Of a DNA stretch of 64,000 nt, positions 38,200 to 50,887 are shown piece after piece; position 1 is the stretch's first letter; each line of letters begins with the position of its first letter. Source of the DNA: Moniliella sp. 'wahieum' (lineage: Eukaryota); contig RSEE01000053.1 of NCBI GenBank assembly GCA_003971905.1, forward strand, positions 1 to 64,000. Reading direction: 5' to 3'. The translations under genes and the position numbers were made by a program. The notes beneath the pieces are model-generated. The model ran no database searches. It was not told the origin of the DNA and saw nothing but the letters and a program-made list of their open reading frames with translations.

Positions 38200-38294
38200 T
38201 GCTTCAAAGGGGAATCGAACCCCTGTCACATCGATGTCTCACAGGCACAGGGCCAGTCTGGCAACGATGTAGTATACCACTAACCCATTGAAGC
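38200..38294 (-). tRNA. tRNA-Gly(GCC) with 24-nt intron
   Basis: Reverse complement of 23850-23944 with one C/T difference in the intron, followed by a T5 terminator. Confidence 0.95.
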
Positions 38295-39055
38295 GTGCTG
38301 AAGAGCAAATGCAACGTATGTTCACCCCATGAGTCCTCCTCGCCGCTGGCACAATCAGTTGTGCGCATAGATCAGGCGCCGGCGTTCGCACCATGCCGGC
38401 AACAACGTCAACTTGCTTCGAGAGACGATGGAGGCTAAAAGGGGTCGAGGTCATCGTCAGGTCAGAACGGATGGTGGACGGGCGAGCCACAAGGCAAGGT
38501 GGGCGGCATGCGACATGCGACAAGTAAACTTAAGCAGTCTATAGGCCTGTGTGCAGCGGCCCCGTTCCGCGTCTGGTCCGTCTCTCCTTGTTGCACTTCG
38601 GGACTGTCTTTGCGTGATTGCATCCCCATCGATTCATTCCTGGCCTTCATCTGCTTGAGCAGCTTGATCCTTCACAGATCTCACCGGCCATTGCATGAAC
38701 TTCGTGTGGTGGGGTTGAACTGCCAAGGCCGGAAAACATACAGAGCCTCACAGGACCAACGAGTCCCAACGAGACCAGCTCCAAGCTCCAAGCTCCAAGC
38801 TTCAAGCTTCCATCAAAGCAACCCCCAACATCCAACATCCAACCCCAATCTACCGCTCCCAGCGCCGAATACGAATCTGCTACGCACCTGAGGCCTGATC
38901 GATGATCCCGCACCACCCACCGCCCTAACCCGCGGGTCGTAGCGTCCCGCACAAGCACCCCACGCACGCAAACAACAACTTCCAAGCAGAGACCAAAAGA
39001 GGGGATCAAAGAAGAACACAGAGCCAAGAAAAAAAAGAAAGAAAGAAAGAAGGGA

Positions 39056-39151
39056 AGCAAGGAGGAAAGGAGGAAAGGAGGCAAGGAGGAAAGGAGGCAA
39101 GGACGAAAGGAGGCAAGGAGGAAAGGAGGCAAGGAGGAAAGGAGGCAAGGA
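39056..39151. repeat. Purine-rich 8/16-bp tandem repeat (AGGAGGAA/AGGAGGCA)n, followed by (CCAAA/CCAAG)n
   Basis: About 12 eight-bp units, mostly alternating A/C at one position. Confidence 0.9.
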
Positions 39152-39351
39152 TCCGGATACCGATGCCCGCCAAACCAAACCAAACCAAACCAAGCCAAGC
39201 CAAGCCAAACAAAAAAACGAGCGTATGTGATGGGGGGGTGATAGGTAGTAGGTGATAAGTTCCTTCGCCGCACCTTGACGTTTAACGTTTAACGTTTAAC
39301 CTGCGCGCGCAACTCGTACGCGGTTTACGAAAACGCGTTACGCGTTACGCG

Positions 39352-41549
39352 TTAGGTGGCGACGTAGGTGCCTGCCTGGGCCGAGCGTGTGGCCGAGACG
39401 AAGGTATCCTGTCCAGCCTGGACCAAGGCCAGAGCGACGTCCGACCGGTCCCGTCGGTGGTCCAGGACGCTTGACAGGTTGCGCCTCGCCAGCCGGGACG
39501 AAGAAGCGGGCGCGAATGACGCCAGCTTGGGCGAGAGCGGAGCGGGGGAGGGCCCAGCGCGCAGACCTGTAGATAAATCAAACGATTCTGTCTCAGGAAT
39601 CGCTTGGACGTGAGTGGTGTGTGGGACAGTGGTTTCCACCACCACCTCGTCTAACTTCGGGGCCAACTTGCCCCCAGCCTCGTAGCGCAGGAGCAAGTCC
39701 GCATGGTCCTCCAGCACACGCCACTGTGCCTGCAACTGAAGCGGGATGGACTGGGTCTGCTCAGCCGGGTCGATATGGACTTGGTACTTGGCCAGGACGA
39801 CTTTGGTCCGTTCCTGTGCCAGGGCAGCCAAGTTCAAGTCCCATTCGCCTGTTCCGGCGGCGGGCTGTAGGAAAGCCGGGTTGGGCACCAAGCGGTCCAA
39901 GTTTTGCGCTTGGTCCAGGCGGACGGGGACGCTGGCCAGCCGGTGGGATGGCAGTTGGGTTCACGATAGCTTCTAGGTCCCCAACAACCATGAGGCGAGA
40001 AACCGAGGGTACCAGTAAAGTAGACATTGACCTTTTCTGCCACATTGATCTTGAGTGCGTTCGCAGGCAGGGTAGGCGCCGGGGTCAAACTGGGTGCTTC
40101 GGTAGTAAATGGATCTTCGGGATCGGGGTGGCGGTGGTGGTGGCACCATACGGAGACGGAGGTGCACGACGGGTGGACGAGCCGCGACGCACGCCGGTTT
40201 GGGCGGTGCCAAGTACCCCGTAGCGACTGCAGTGCCTCATCGTCCTGCGCCGACGTAGGGGGAGGGGAGACAGACAAGGTACTCAAGTCCGGGGGCGCAG
40301 CACCATTGGAGAGAAGAGCAGCACCCGCGGCGCCAGCTACAGCTCGCGCCAGCGCCAACGCCGGCGCCCAAAGCGACCTGTGATCCGCGTGAGACGGTTG
40401 GAGAGGAGCAAAGTGGCCATCGCGCTCCGCCGGATCGTCAGCCAACAAGTCTACTGCTACGTCGGGCGTATCGCGCACATCTTCTTGGATCGGCGGTGGG
40501 CCAAAGTCTGGGGCGGGACTGCCGGAATGGTGAGTGAACAGCTTGGTGGCCCGCTTGCTACCGAGCAACGTCTTGCCACGGCGGATGAAGCCTCCCGAGG
40601 GGGCCTCAGATACCTGGGACTCGGGCGAGTTGCTCCGCGCGGGCACGGGAGGGGGTTCCTTGTGACTCTGTCGGCGGCCGAACCGGCCCAACGCGCCTCG
40701 CAGACCGGAAGGTTTGGGCTCGTCCACTCGCGCCGCGGTGTGGGTTCTCCCCTGCTTTCGGCCAACGCCTCTGACGGCGGGAGAGGGCGGGAGCGGAATG
40801 AGAGGAGGCGGTGGAGCAGGACGTCGATGTTGCCACTTGGGCAAAGGAAAGTACCTCGTGCTCCACGTCCAGGCCCAACGAAGCTTGCAGCGCCATCTCA
40901 GCCGCGTTGGACAACTGATGGGCCGAGTCGGCGGCGCCCGTTTAAATTGAGCCACCACCTCTTTCAACAGGGTGAGACGTTCGACGTCGGCGCGCTGGGC
41001 CAGCTGGAACGCCGGGCCGCATCTTTGCGCCACTGAATCAACGCTTGGTCCACATCCTTCTGCATCTGGGCCACGGTGCGCGGCCGACTGTTGCGTCTGC
41101 TCCGAATTCGAGTCGAGCTTACGCGACTCGCGCGTCAGCCCCGACTCGAGCAGGTTCAAGTCGCGTGTCGTATCGTGCAACCGGTCTTCGAACGCGGGAG
41201 AGCTGGGCCCAGGCACCTTGGACGGGGCTTCGCGCACCTGTTGTTCACACAGGTGCACCGCGCGTTCGCGTGCGGCATGGACCTGGGTCAAGGCGTCGAG
41301 TTCGCTCATGAGGGCGTCGAGGATGGGACGAACGCCGCGGGGCGCACGTGCGGGAAAAGCACGGGCGCTTGGCCAGCTGGACAGGGCGCGGGCATGGGAG
41401 GCCTCGACGGCGCGGCGCGCAGCAAAGTAGTCGCCCAGTTCATCGCAGAGGGCAGAGGCGTCGCGGAAGCGCTGCTGGAGGAGCTGGGTGGCTCCTTGGG
41501 GTCGGCGTGGGGAAGCGCTGGCGTACGCCTGGGTGGAGAGCTCGGCCAA
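39352..41549 (-). CDS. SYP1: Muniscin Syp1/FCHo-like endocytic adaptor (F-BAR plus mu-homology domain); frameshifted
   Basis: Helical N-terminus (DELGDYFAARRAVEASHARAL; ERLTLLKEVVAQF), Pro-rich linker, and C-terminal INVAEKVNVYFTG..VVGDL, LVPNPAFL, VLAKYQVH, IPLQL..QW, LLLRYE. The start reads CATTGGCC, probably ATGGCC with an extra T. Confidence 0.8.
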
Positions 41550-42248
41550 TGGGTATAAGGGGGGACGCTGCGCGGGGGCGCGGGCGGCGACGGATGGGGG
41601 GGAGCTGGGAGCGGAGCGCCGAGAGGGCCAGGCACGGTGGGAGGAGGCGGGAGGCAGGGGAGCTGAGCTCAGCTGAGCGACCCAGAGGGATGGCGTGAGC
41701 TCAGCCGCGGAGGCTCACTAATCGACTAATCGGCCATCGGCAATCGACAATCGCTGAGCGCTGAGCTGACTGAACATGCACACCCGATGCATGATGGGCG
41801 CCTAGGGCGCAGCGCCAGTGTCCGCCCGCGCCGTGGCCAGCCCGCCAGCCGCCTGCCAGTCTGTGGCCGCGCCAGAGTTCAATGTTCAATGTTCGGTGTT
41901 TGGTGTTCAACGAATGCGCTGTCGACGCTTGGCCGTGGACGCCTCAGCGCCTGGGCGCTGGCCACTGGTAACCGGCAAGCGTAACGCCGTAACCTCCATG
42001 GCGGCACGTGGTTGAACATTGCACGTTGACCTTCAACGCTGCTTCGGTCGACCCAGATGGAGGCGCCGAGGCCCATTCCCCCCTCCTGGCAGGGCGCGCC
42101 CCCTTTATATATACGTTGGCGCTTATCTGCTGCCGCTCCTGTAGGCTGAATGCTACGCAACCGCAACGCACACACGCAAGCCCATCGCATCGCATCCATC
42201 CAATCCAATCCAATCCAATCCATCCGCCCCTCCGCCGCCCCGCCGCAT

Positions 42249-44101
42249 CTACAGCTCCGTCTCATCGCTCGCGCGGATCAGCTGCGTGTAGAACGTCCAG
42301 GCGGCAGTCAGGTACTAGCATGCACATGCTCATTCACCGTGTGCGCGCCCCAGCGGCCCACGATCGCCCGCTCGTCCTCCGTCGGAGGGTGGATGAGCGC
42401 GGGCTGAAGCGGAAGACGCAGACGAGCTGTTGTGGATGTAACGCGTGTCTGTGTTGCCCAAACTGGTGCCGCCCGAGACGTACAACTTGGCCTGCCGATC
42501 GGCTGCGTCGGGCGAAGTGGCTGGGTCCCAGACGGAGTGGATGACACCACTGAGCAGTTGCCAGGGTTTGGAAAGCGGTCCGGTAAGCGGGGTGACCGGC
42601 GCAGGTTCCAGTCCATGCCCAAATGCGTCGCGGAGCACGATGGTGCCTGCTGCGGCTGTGGGTGGCGAGTAGCTCAGCGTTCCGTCCGACCACGCATCCA
42701 GCTTCAATCCATTCTTCTTGGCTACAGGTAACACGGTGTTAGCAAAGTGGCGACGCAGAGCGTTGGTCGAGGAGAATGTGCCAATGCGGTAGTTGACAAT
42801 CACCTCCACCTCTTCCGGCAGCGCATTGACCTTGACCCCTCCTCGGATCAGATCGGTAGCCTGGGTGGTCTGGAACGCGGCACGCTGAAAGCCCGACATG
42901 AGTCAATGCTTTCGCCTTGGCGCGTTCGAGCCGCTGAGCGTGCATGGGACAAGCACCAAAGCTGTTCTGTTCCAGTTGTACCACGTCGCGCAGAGCCTCG
43001 CGCAGAGGTCCCTGCCCGCCTCGCCACATCACACAACAGCCGACCCCAAGAAGGATTGTGGGGCGTGGTATCGAGCACCGCGGCTTCCGGGCTCACCTCG
43101 AGAGCAACGACGAGTTGACTCAGGTACCCGATCCCGTGTGAGCCGGCGGGACAGACGAGTGACCCCCCTGGGTCTGGACGGTAGCCTTGATGTTGAGTTT
43201 ACCTTTTTCCGCTGTGGCGGGGGCGATGCTGTACCCCACCCCGCTTCCGATTTCGGGGACGGAGAAGGCGCCACCTTCATCCACCACCATTGCCACGCCA
43301 TGCTTGCCATACCGTTGTTCGATCACGGGGGCAATGCGGCCTGCGCCTTCGAACCCGCCCCGCTCCTCGTCGAAGCCAAAGCTGAGGAAGAAGAGTGCGC
43401 TTGGGCGTGTACCCAGCCTCCGGAGCGACTGCACGGCGGTCAAGATGCCAGTCAAGGACGCTTTGGTATCCTGTGCGCCGCGTCCCCAGATCAAGCCACT
43501 GGTGCGGTTGTAGAACCCGCCAAAGGGGTTGTGCAACCACAAGTGCCGTCTCTTCCAGCACTGGTACCACGTCCTGGTGGGCCATGAGCAGAAGGGGTTT
43601 GAGCGTTGGGTCGGTTCCCTTCCACTCGTACAACAGTCCATGTCCATTCACTTTTTCCAGTGTGACAGGGGACGTGGGGGCGTGCAACAGCGGCCAGGCC
43701 GACTGGATAGGTAAAGAAGGGATCAAAGATCTTGGCCCACACCTCAGGCGCATCGCTCACATGGGGCATGGCATCTTGCACCGAAGTGTCCACCTTCAAT
43801 GCCCCAGCGAGCAGGTGAGCGAGCTGGTCTTGGCTCGGAGCCTTCAGTGCCGCCGGTGGGGGAGGTGATGCTGATAGGCTGGGACTTGGGGGCAATATGC
43901 ATCCCAGTCAACCTCGGCCAGGGGCTGGCCGCGCGAATGGGCATCGCGTGTCGGAACCGGGAGCCAGGTTGGGATCCGTAGGGTGTGCACCACTACCACC
44001 AGCGCGCCCAGTGCCAAGAAGGGCAAAAGACGCTTGCTGCGGCTGGTGGGGGCAGCGGGTGGCACACTCGAAGGCGCAGGAAGTTCGTCCTTCTTGGCCA
44101 T
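42249..44101 (-). CDS. CPS1: Gly-Xaa carboxypeptidase S (peptidase M20); frameshifted
   Basis: N-terminal TM segment, then GLLYEWKGTDPTLKPLLLMAHQDVVPV, IWGRGAQDTK, FGFDEE, VDEGG, AEKG, GGHSSVPP, TTQATDLIRGGVKVNALPE, GNTDTRY and HTVNE. Confidence 0.93.
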
Positions 44102-44733
44102 GGTAGGAAGGATGCCAGGGGTCGAGGAGGTGAGCAGGTGGGGCAGGCGATTCCAATTTTGCAGGATGGAACAGGTCAATCCTCCCAGGCCTCAGGGGCG
44201 ATGAGCAAGCAGCGCGGAACACATGCAACACGGTCCTCCGATTGATTGAGTTATCGATTATCGATCATCCAAAAATCGGTAATCGAAATCGTAAAGCAAC
44301 AACTTATCGATAATCGATAAGCGGTAAATACTAACTGGCGGTTGCGGGGCGGGTTGCGTGAGTGCGCTGGCCAATCCGACATGGAACGCAAGGATGGCGT
44401 TGATGGGTTGAGCGCGGTGGCACACGCTTGCGTCATGTCGCCCCGCTCAACGCTCAATTTCCAGGATCGTTACAGCGACATGCCACATTGAGCAATGACA
44501 TTCTCATAGCATACCTTGGCCGTCCCGGTTAGTATCCCTGCCTACGTCCGACGACACGAAAAATCCATGACGCTACTGTGGTTCTCTAGTAAACTGGTAG
44601 AGGGTCTGATGCGCCCGCGCCATCTCTGGCCTAACCCACAGGCAAGCCAAGGCACTGCAGGCCAGGTCAAGCTCGGTGTAATAGCTATACGCGGATAGGC
44701 AATCCATTCATATCTCCTACACTGACATAAACG

Positions 44734-47174
44734 TCAAGTGTTAAACCCACTCCCCCAAGCTGGCGAAGTAGACCGTGCGCAACTCGTCCAGACCGCCTGG
44801 AGTGCCTCGTTAGGCAACTTGCTTTCGCGCTGGGTGGTTAGCAGGCCATTAGTTTCTTGTTCGCAATCGGCCAGTTGGGTGTACACCATGCCACACAGAT
44901 GGGTTGCTCCAGCCGCCTCTTGCCCGCGTACTCCCTGAGCAGGACACTTGGACAACGCGTAGTCCAAGCCCCCCTCGCGCTCTGCCACCTTGACCCCTAC
45001 CAGCGCCAGAGCCACGCGTCGGATTCGCGCAAGCAGGTCTTGTGCCGAGGAGGCTGTCGTGTACCCCCATTCGGCACCGCTGTAGTCGCCTCCAATACCG
45101 AGATCTTGTCCGCCAGAGGCCGAGACTTCTTTCGCCTCGGGCTGCGCTTGGGTGGTGAAATGTTGATCCCGCCACACTCGGTGTTGAGGACAGGCATGCC
45201 GGGCACATACCCCCGTGGCAAGGGTGCACCTGTAAACGTGGTGCCTGCTACGGCCGCCTGCGCCGTGCCGGGTGACGGTACAAACATCGCCCGACGACCT
45301 TCATCCTTGATCCCCAAGATTGCGTTCCGTTTGGCTCGGCTGGGAGGAGGTGGCGACACGTCTCGTAAATGTGCCATCGCTGTAATCGTGGAAGGAGGCA
45401 AAGTCACCAGCGACATGTTGCCAGCCACAGTTATCGTTGACGGGACGGGTGGGATCGAGGTGCTTGGTCAACTGGACCAATTGGCCAATATGCTGGCGTT
45501 GGCGCAATGCCAGCTGGGTCAGCTGGCCCTGCTCATCGCGTTGTTCCAGATCGGTGTAGGCCCAACTTTCATTGACCGGGGTCCAGGCCACGATCGACGC
45601 ATGGTTCCGGTCGCGCTGCATGGATTCCGTCCACTCTTGTTCGATCCGCTCTGCGTACTCCTCCGACCACTGGTACGCATTGGCAAACTCGCCCCAGACT
45701 GAAGAAGAGAGCAGTTCGAGCACAAGTTAGCGTTTGGCTCGTCACCTCGAATGAGAGAGAGAGAAAAAAATATGCGTACCCAAAAACCCAAGACGATCAG
45801 CCCAGTAGAGGAACCGAGGATCCTCAACCTTTTGGTGCTTGCGCACCCCATCAAAGCCCATCGCCTTACCCACTCAATGTCCCGCTTCAGCGCAAGACCC
45901 GTATTGATCCCCTTGGTCCCTCCCACTGCTGCGTCATCAGGGGGGGTGAGGTTGGTTTCTGGCCAGTAACCCTGGTCGAGCATGAGGCAGTGGAAGTAAG
46001 GTAGCCATTCAGGCGGAAGGCACCCTTGGGCTGTACCTCTTTGTCCCCCACCTGGCGCAGAGGCACAGGGTCCCATTCAAGCGAGCGGGCACCAACGGTG
46101 GTACGCACCACATCTACCACTTCACCATCTGCATTGGTCAGGGTGAGCACCGTCATACAAAATCGGGTGCAGCGGGGACCACAGTGCCACTCCGTTGTCC
46201 GACCAGGCCGCTTGCTGCAGCACCGTGTCTTCCCCCCGAAGCCGCGCATCACGCCACGATTTCAGCACATTCGTAGTGGTGGACGAAGCAGGGTGGGCTC
46301 CGACAAAGGCCGAAGGCAACTGGGCTTGCACGGTAGAAGAAACAAGGAGGGAATGGGTGAGCGTCGGAGGCTCCGGCAGCAGTTCCGTCGATTTCAAAGG
46401 AGACACCGCCACTGGTTTGGACGTTCCCAGAGAGTGCCGGCGAGAGATACCTCTGCAGACGCACGAAGGTCCGCGCCTTGCCCCCGCCCTCGACTGCAAC
46501 CCAGGCGAGCAGGTCGCCCTTGAGTATGTCGGTACGGAGGATAGTGTGAGCGGCCGAGATGCGCGCTGGCGATTCTCCCGAGCGAGGCGATGCTTCCATC
46601 CATACACTCTGCCAAATTCCGCTGGTAGGAGTGTAAAATCGAGGCGCTACCGTCCAGAACCCAGTACTGTTTCCCCGCGGCTGGGTAAGGTCGAAGGGCG
46701 AGTCACGACGTGCACCGTCAGACGGTAGCTGTGGCCCTGACGCTTGAGGTACGAGGTGATGGGAAAAGAAAAGGGAACGTGACCTCCTTTGTGCTCTCCA
46801 ATCTTCTGACCATCAAGGTAAATGGAGCACTCGTAATCCACCGCACCAAAGTGAAGGGAGACATGTTGCGTGGCAACTTCCTGGGGCAAGAAGAAAGTGC
46901 GTTCGTACCATAGATACTCATGTGCCTCATGGGGAGCATTGATGCCCGACGCTGGGGACTGGAAGGCGTAGGGTACCGTGATGGTGCGCTGCGCCTGCGC
47001 ACCAGCCTGGGCGGGGAGCCCGCTGGCGCCCCAGCCAGCCGCTGTGCCCTGGTTCTCGTCATCAAACAGCACCGTCCACTCGCCGTCGAGCAGCGCAAAG
47101 CGCGTCGAGTCGTGTACCCAGTCAGGACGGGGGTAGGTCTTCGCACTGGTCGGCTCCCAGGAGAGGTCGGACAT
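44734..47174 (-). CDS. Glycoside hydrolase family 2 (beta-galactosidase/glucuronidase-like); intron ~45699-45779, frameshifted
   Basis: [63 protein letters not shown] (acid/base Glu), [32 protein letters not shown]. Confidence 0.92.
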
Positions 47175-47452
47175 GGTGGTGAGCAACTACGTGGTAGAGC
47201 GAGCGAGCGACTGCGAGCGACTCTGGACGAGCGACTGTATCAGCACGGACCCCAGGGGTGCGTATGTAACCTCAGGGATGAGCCTCATCGATCAGCGATC
47301 ATCACGTGATGCCACCCGTTTTCGATGCCTACGCTGCCTCCTCCTCGGGGTCGGTTCTACCTGCGGGTGGTTCAGCCTGAACTGCGTAGCCCTTCCGGAT
47401 CACAAGAAGTCCCCTGAAGGAAAGGGATTGAACAAAAGAAACACAGGATGAG

Positions 47453-49598
47453 TTACGTGGAAAAACTGCGGACCGGCGAGTAGAGAAAGCCGTGCGGTGG
47501 CGGGCCGGAATGTCGTCCACCGTGCCATAGCGCAAGTTGAGCGACTGAGACCGCACCATGTCCAGCCGGTTCCATTTGCCTTGGGTGCGTGCTGTTGCCT
47601 GTCGTAAACTGAGCACAAGGAAAAAGCGCATGTGGGGCATGGTCGGGTCCAGCACATCCGTTACCGCCACCACGGGACCCGGGTACTTGGCATACTCAGC
47701 TTCCCTCTCAGCCTCCTGCACCGCGCTCTGTCCGTCGTCTCCCTCTGCGCCATCGCCAGTAGGGTGCATCAAATCATACATCTTCAACGAAGCATAGAGA
47801 GCCCACTTGCCCACGGCCGAGCCTCGTTGCCGCATGATCCACGGATGGTGCAATTGGCGCACCTTTTCCTGAGGCGTATCGGTAGTTTGAAGAGACAAGG
47901 CCAGGCCTGAAGGGTAAAAACGCAAGTAACGAAAGTACTCGATCCGCTGTAACACCCGAATCCACGACGACGACTCGGACTGGCCATCCCGTAGGTAATG
48001 ACACGAAGCAATGTACACCCCGCCCGTGCGGACACGCGGTTGGTGCATAGGCAAGCCGTGGACTGTGCCATAGGTGGTTCGAATCAGAACTTGCATACTT
48101 GCCCACTCTTGGGCGCGAAGCATGAGCGTCTCCCGTTCACGTTCCGCCTCACGTGCCTCTTTTCCCTTCAAGTGAGCCTCTTTCTCCTTCTTCTCAATGG
48201 GGGGGGGGAAAGTGGCATCGGGTGCGGGCAGATCCATGTGCGCTACCTGGGGGCCGGTATACACGTGCCGTACCGCTTGTCGCCACAAAAGTGGTTCCAG
48301 AGACAAAAGGCGTACTTTCCAACAAGTCCGAGCAAACGTCTCGAGAGACGTCACGTCATACCCTTGCTGCTCGGTTTCGGGCTCGCGAGCAGTAGCGGGG
48401 GGTTGGAGAAGGGGACGAGTGCTCTCGGATTTGCTGCCGGACCGTTTCCCCTTGGCTCCGTGGGCCGGCGGGGGAGAGCCTAATCCTTCCTCTACCACAT
48501 CCGTCTCGGCCGGATCTTGGAAAGGAAGGTGCCTCACGCCAGTGGATTGAGGAAGGGAAAGGACGCGGGTCAAGATCCCTAGTAATACTTCCTCGGGAAG
48601 CGTTGCAAGGGGACACGGAGCGTCCCGATCTGCAGGAGGATGGTGGTCATGCTTCCGAGTCGCTCTAGTTTTTCGGTGGCTGTGACAGGCTCCAATGGTG
48701 GTCCCAAGCGAGTTGGGTCGATGGCCTGGTGGGTGGTCCCCTGTGCAGCCTCGATCTCAGCTTCCCGAGCCAGACGGGCCCGAAGCGCACGAGCCTCGTC
48801 CATTATCCCGCTCAGAGGCCCTAACGCAATATCTTTTCTGTACTTGGAAGTGAGATCACTGGATGGAAGCTCATGCGAAGGAAGAATGGCAGGCGGGGGC
48901 GAAAGGTGAGAATCTGCAGGCGGCTTGGAAGAGGTCGCCGTGGCCTCCGGATCGAGGGGCGGTACATCAAGGTTCATCCCATCCGTTGCGTGAGCAAGGG
49001 CGGAAATTGCATCGTCGTCGTGAGGAAGGACAGGAGCTGAAGCGCGGGTTCCTCCCCTGTACCACCGAAGAGGGTAGGGCAGCACGGCGAACTTTGCGTG
49101 CCAGGCGTCGCAAGAAGCGGTGAGGGTCGGGCATACCATTGTGAGGAGGGCGAAGGGGGAACATAGCCGCAGGATCATTGGCTACCACGACGGCACGACG
49201 AAAGGTGCGGTCCACACTCTCGTCGGCACGGAAAGCAGAGCGATAAAGTCGTAGGGCAGTGTCGAGATCGCCGCTTCGCTCAGCAAGAACAGCGTCGACG
49301 TACGTGCCCAGGACCGACTCGGGGCCAAAGAGGCCGAGCACCTCCTCTGCGACGTTGGACTCGAGCCCGGCCTTCCGGTCCACGTCCACGCCCAGTCGTC
49401 GTGCGACTCAGATGCGGAGCCGTCCTCGGCAGCCTGGGCATCTGCCGCCGGTGCTTCCCCCGACGTCCACGGCGTGTCGTGGAGCTGGAAGGCATGGCGC
49501 TGCTGGCGGATGTCGGCGGCCCACTCGGCACGGAACGCATCGAGATCGCTCGCGCCGGCCTGGGTCCGAGCGGGTGCAGCTGCGGACCCGGATGCCAT
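47453..49598 (-). CDS. HRT3: F-box protein Hrt3/FBXO9; frameshifted
   Basis: DLDAFRAEW, TPR-like YVDAVLAERSGDLDTALRLYRSAFR, F-box start LPEEVLLGIL, PRVRTGGVYIASCHYLR and YFRYLRFYPSG. The C-terminus SPVRSF lies in a shifted frame. Confidence 0.9.
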
Positions 49599-50887
49599 GA
49601 TGGGGCAAAACTGGAGGACAGGGAAGGTGGTTGCGCTTGTGCTCTCCACCGTCCCGTCGGCACAGCGTCATAACACCACACCACCACACACTAACCAGAG
49701 ATAGAGGGGTGGATACTTTTGAAATCAAGTGCGGCACACCGATGAGGCAATCTCAGCGCCCCGCCCAGGCCACCGAGACGCCCGGTGCAACCCAATCCAC
49801 TCCGCCGGCAGCGGAATTCGCCACCGAGACGCATTGCCGGGGCTGGTTACCGCCCCCGTGCCCCTTCTCAAACGCTTCGGCTGCCCCAAGCAATGTTCAA
49901 ACGTTCAACTGTGGGGCTTGCGACATAGCGCTTCGAACAGGGTAGGCCCGAGATATACGCAGTGGGCGATGGCGAGGTGCCTTCATCTCTAAGGGAGCAC
50001 GCCAACAGAGAAAGACGAACCTACGTCCTCAGCCATACACCATGGGCCTTGGCATTGATCTGCTTAACAATGTCCGGTCTCACCGTGGGAGCTTCTTGAG
50101 AAGGGTACAGACTTCCTCTGGGTTCTTACTGCATGGTGCGCGCTTGATTGGTTCCTCGAACTGCCCAGTAGCCGCAGATGATATGCATTGGAAGTGTTGG
50201 GCACCGAGGGTTTCTGGTAGAAATGGTTCCAGTCCCCAGCACTATGCTAGGGGCCACTTAGGATAACTATAGGTCCGTGTTGGCCATATGGTGACTTATT
50301 CGTATCAGAGATCTAACGAAACTTAGAGACACCTGCATTTGATACTACATTGACATTTGTCCCCGAGTAAAAGCTACCGCAGGCTACCGCTCGACCCCCG
50401 TTGACTATACGTTGACCGTCCAGCCCAGAAACCGGAAGAGAGAGGCTGAAAGAAGCGCATAGGAGAGTTGCTTGCAGTACTATAGTAGAAGTCACTATAG
50501 TCAGGCCTTATAGCTTGGCCATATATAGCCAGACCCATAAGCCAGCTCATAGTGTCTCTACGAAACCTCCCGTGGCTTCATTAGCTTGGTCAGGCTCAGG
50601 CTGAGCGGTTGAGCGCCGGTACTGTCAATGTTGCAACCAGACAGCATATCACCGGGCCCAGCCGGCACACCGGGAGTGGGTTACTAGTTTACTCCAGGAT
50701 CCAAGTACTGAGCGCAACAGATTAATAACCCGGTTCGGACACTGGCGCTGTGCTGCCGTCTCGGCCCCCATTGAACTGAGCTGATAATTCACTATCGTAT
50801 AACAACCCCGGTCCCGCTCTGTTCTGACCGATACTCGATACCCACCCACCACCCCAGCCCCAAGCCCTCCACCTGCACTTAGTCCTG

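Noticed and set aside
42249..49598. Co-oriented CPS1-GH2-HRT3 as a metabolic gene cluster
   Set aside because: The functions are unrelated, and there is no backbone enzyme or shared pathway.
50240..50554. CACTATG...CATAGTG ends with internal CTATAG repeats as a CACTA-type MITE
   Set aside because: Only a 7-bp inverted repeat and no 2-3-bp TSD.
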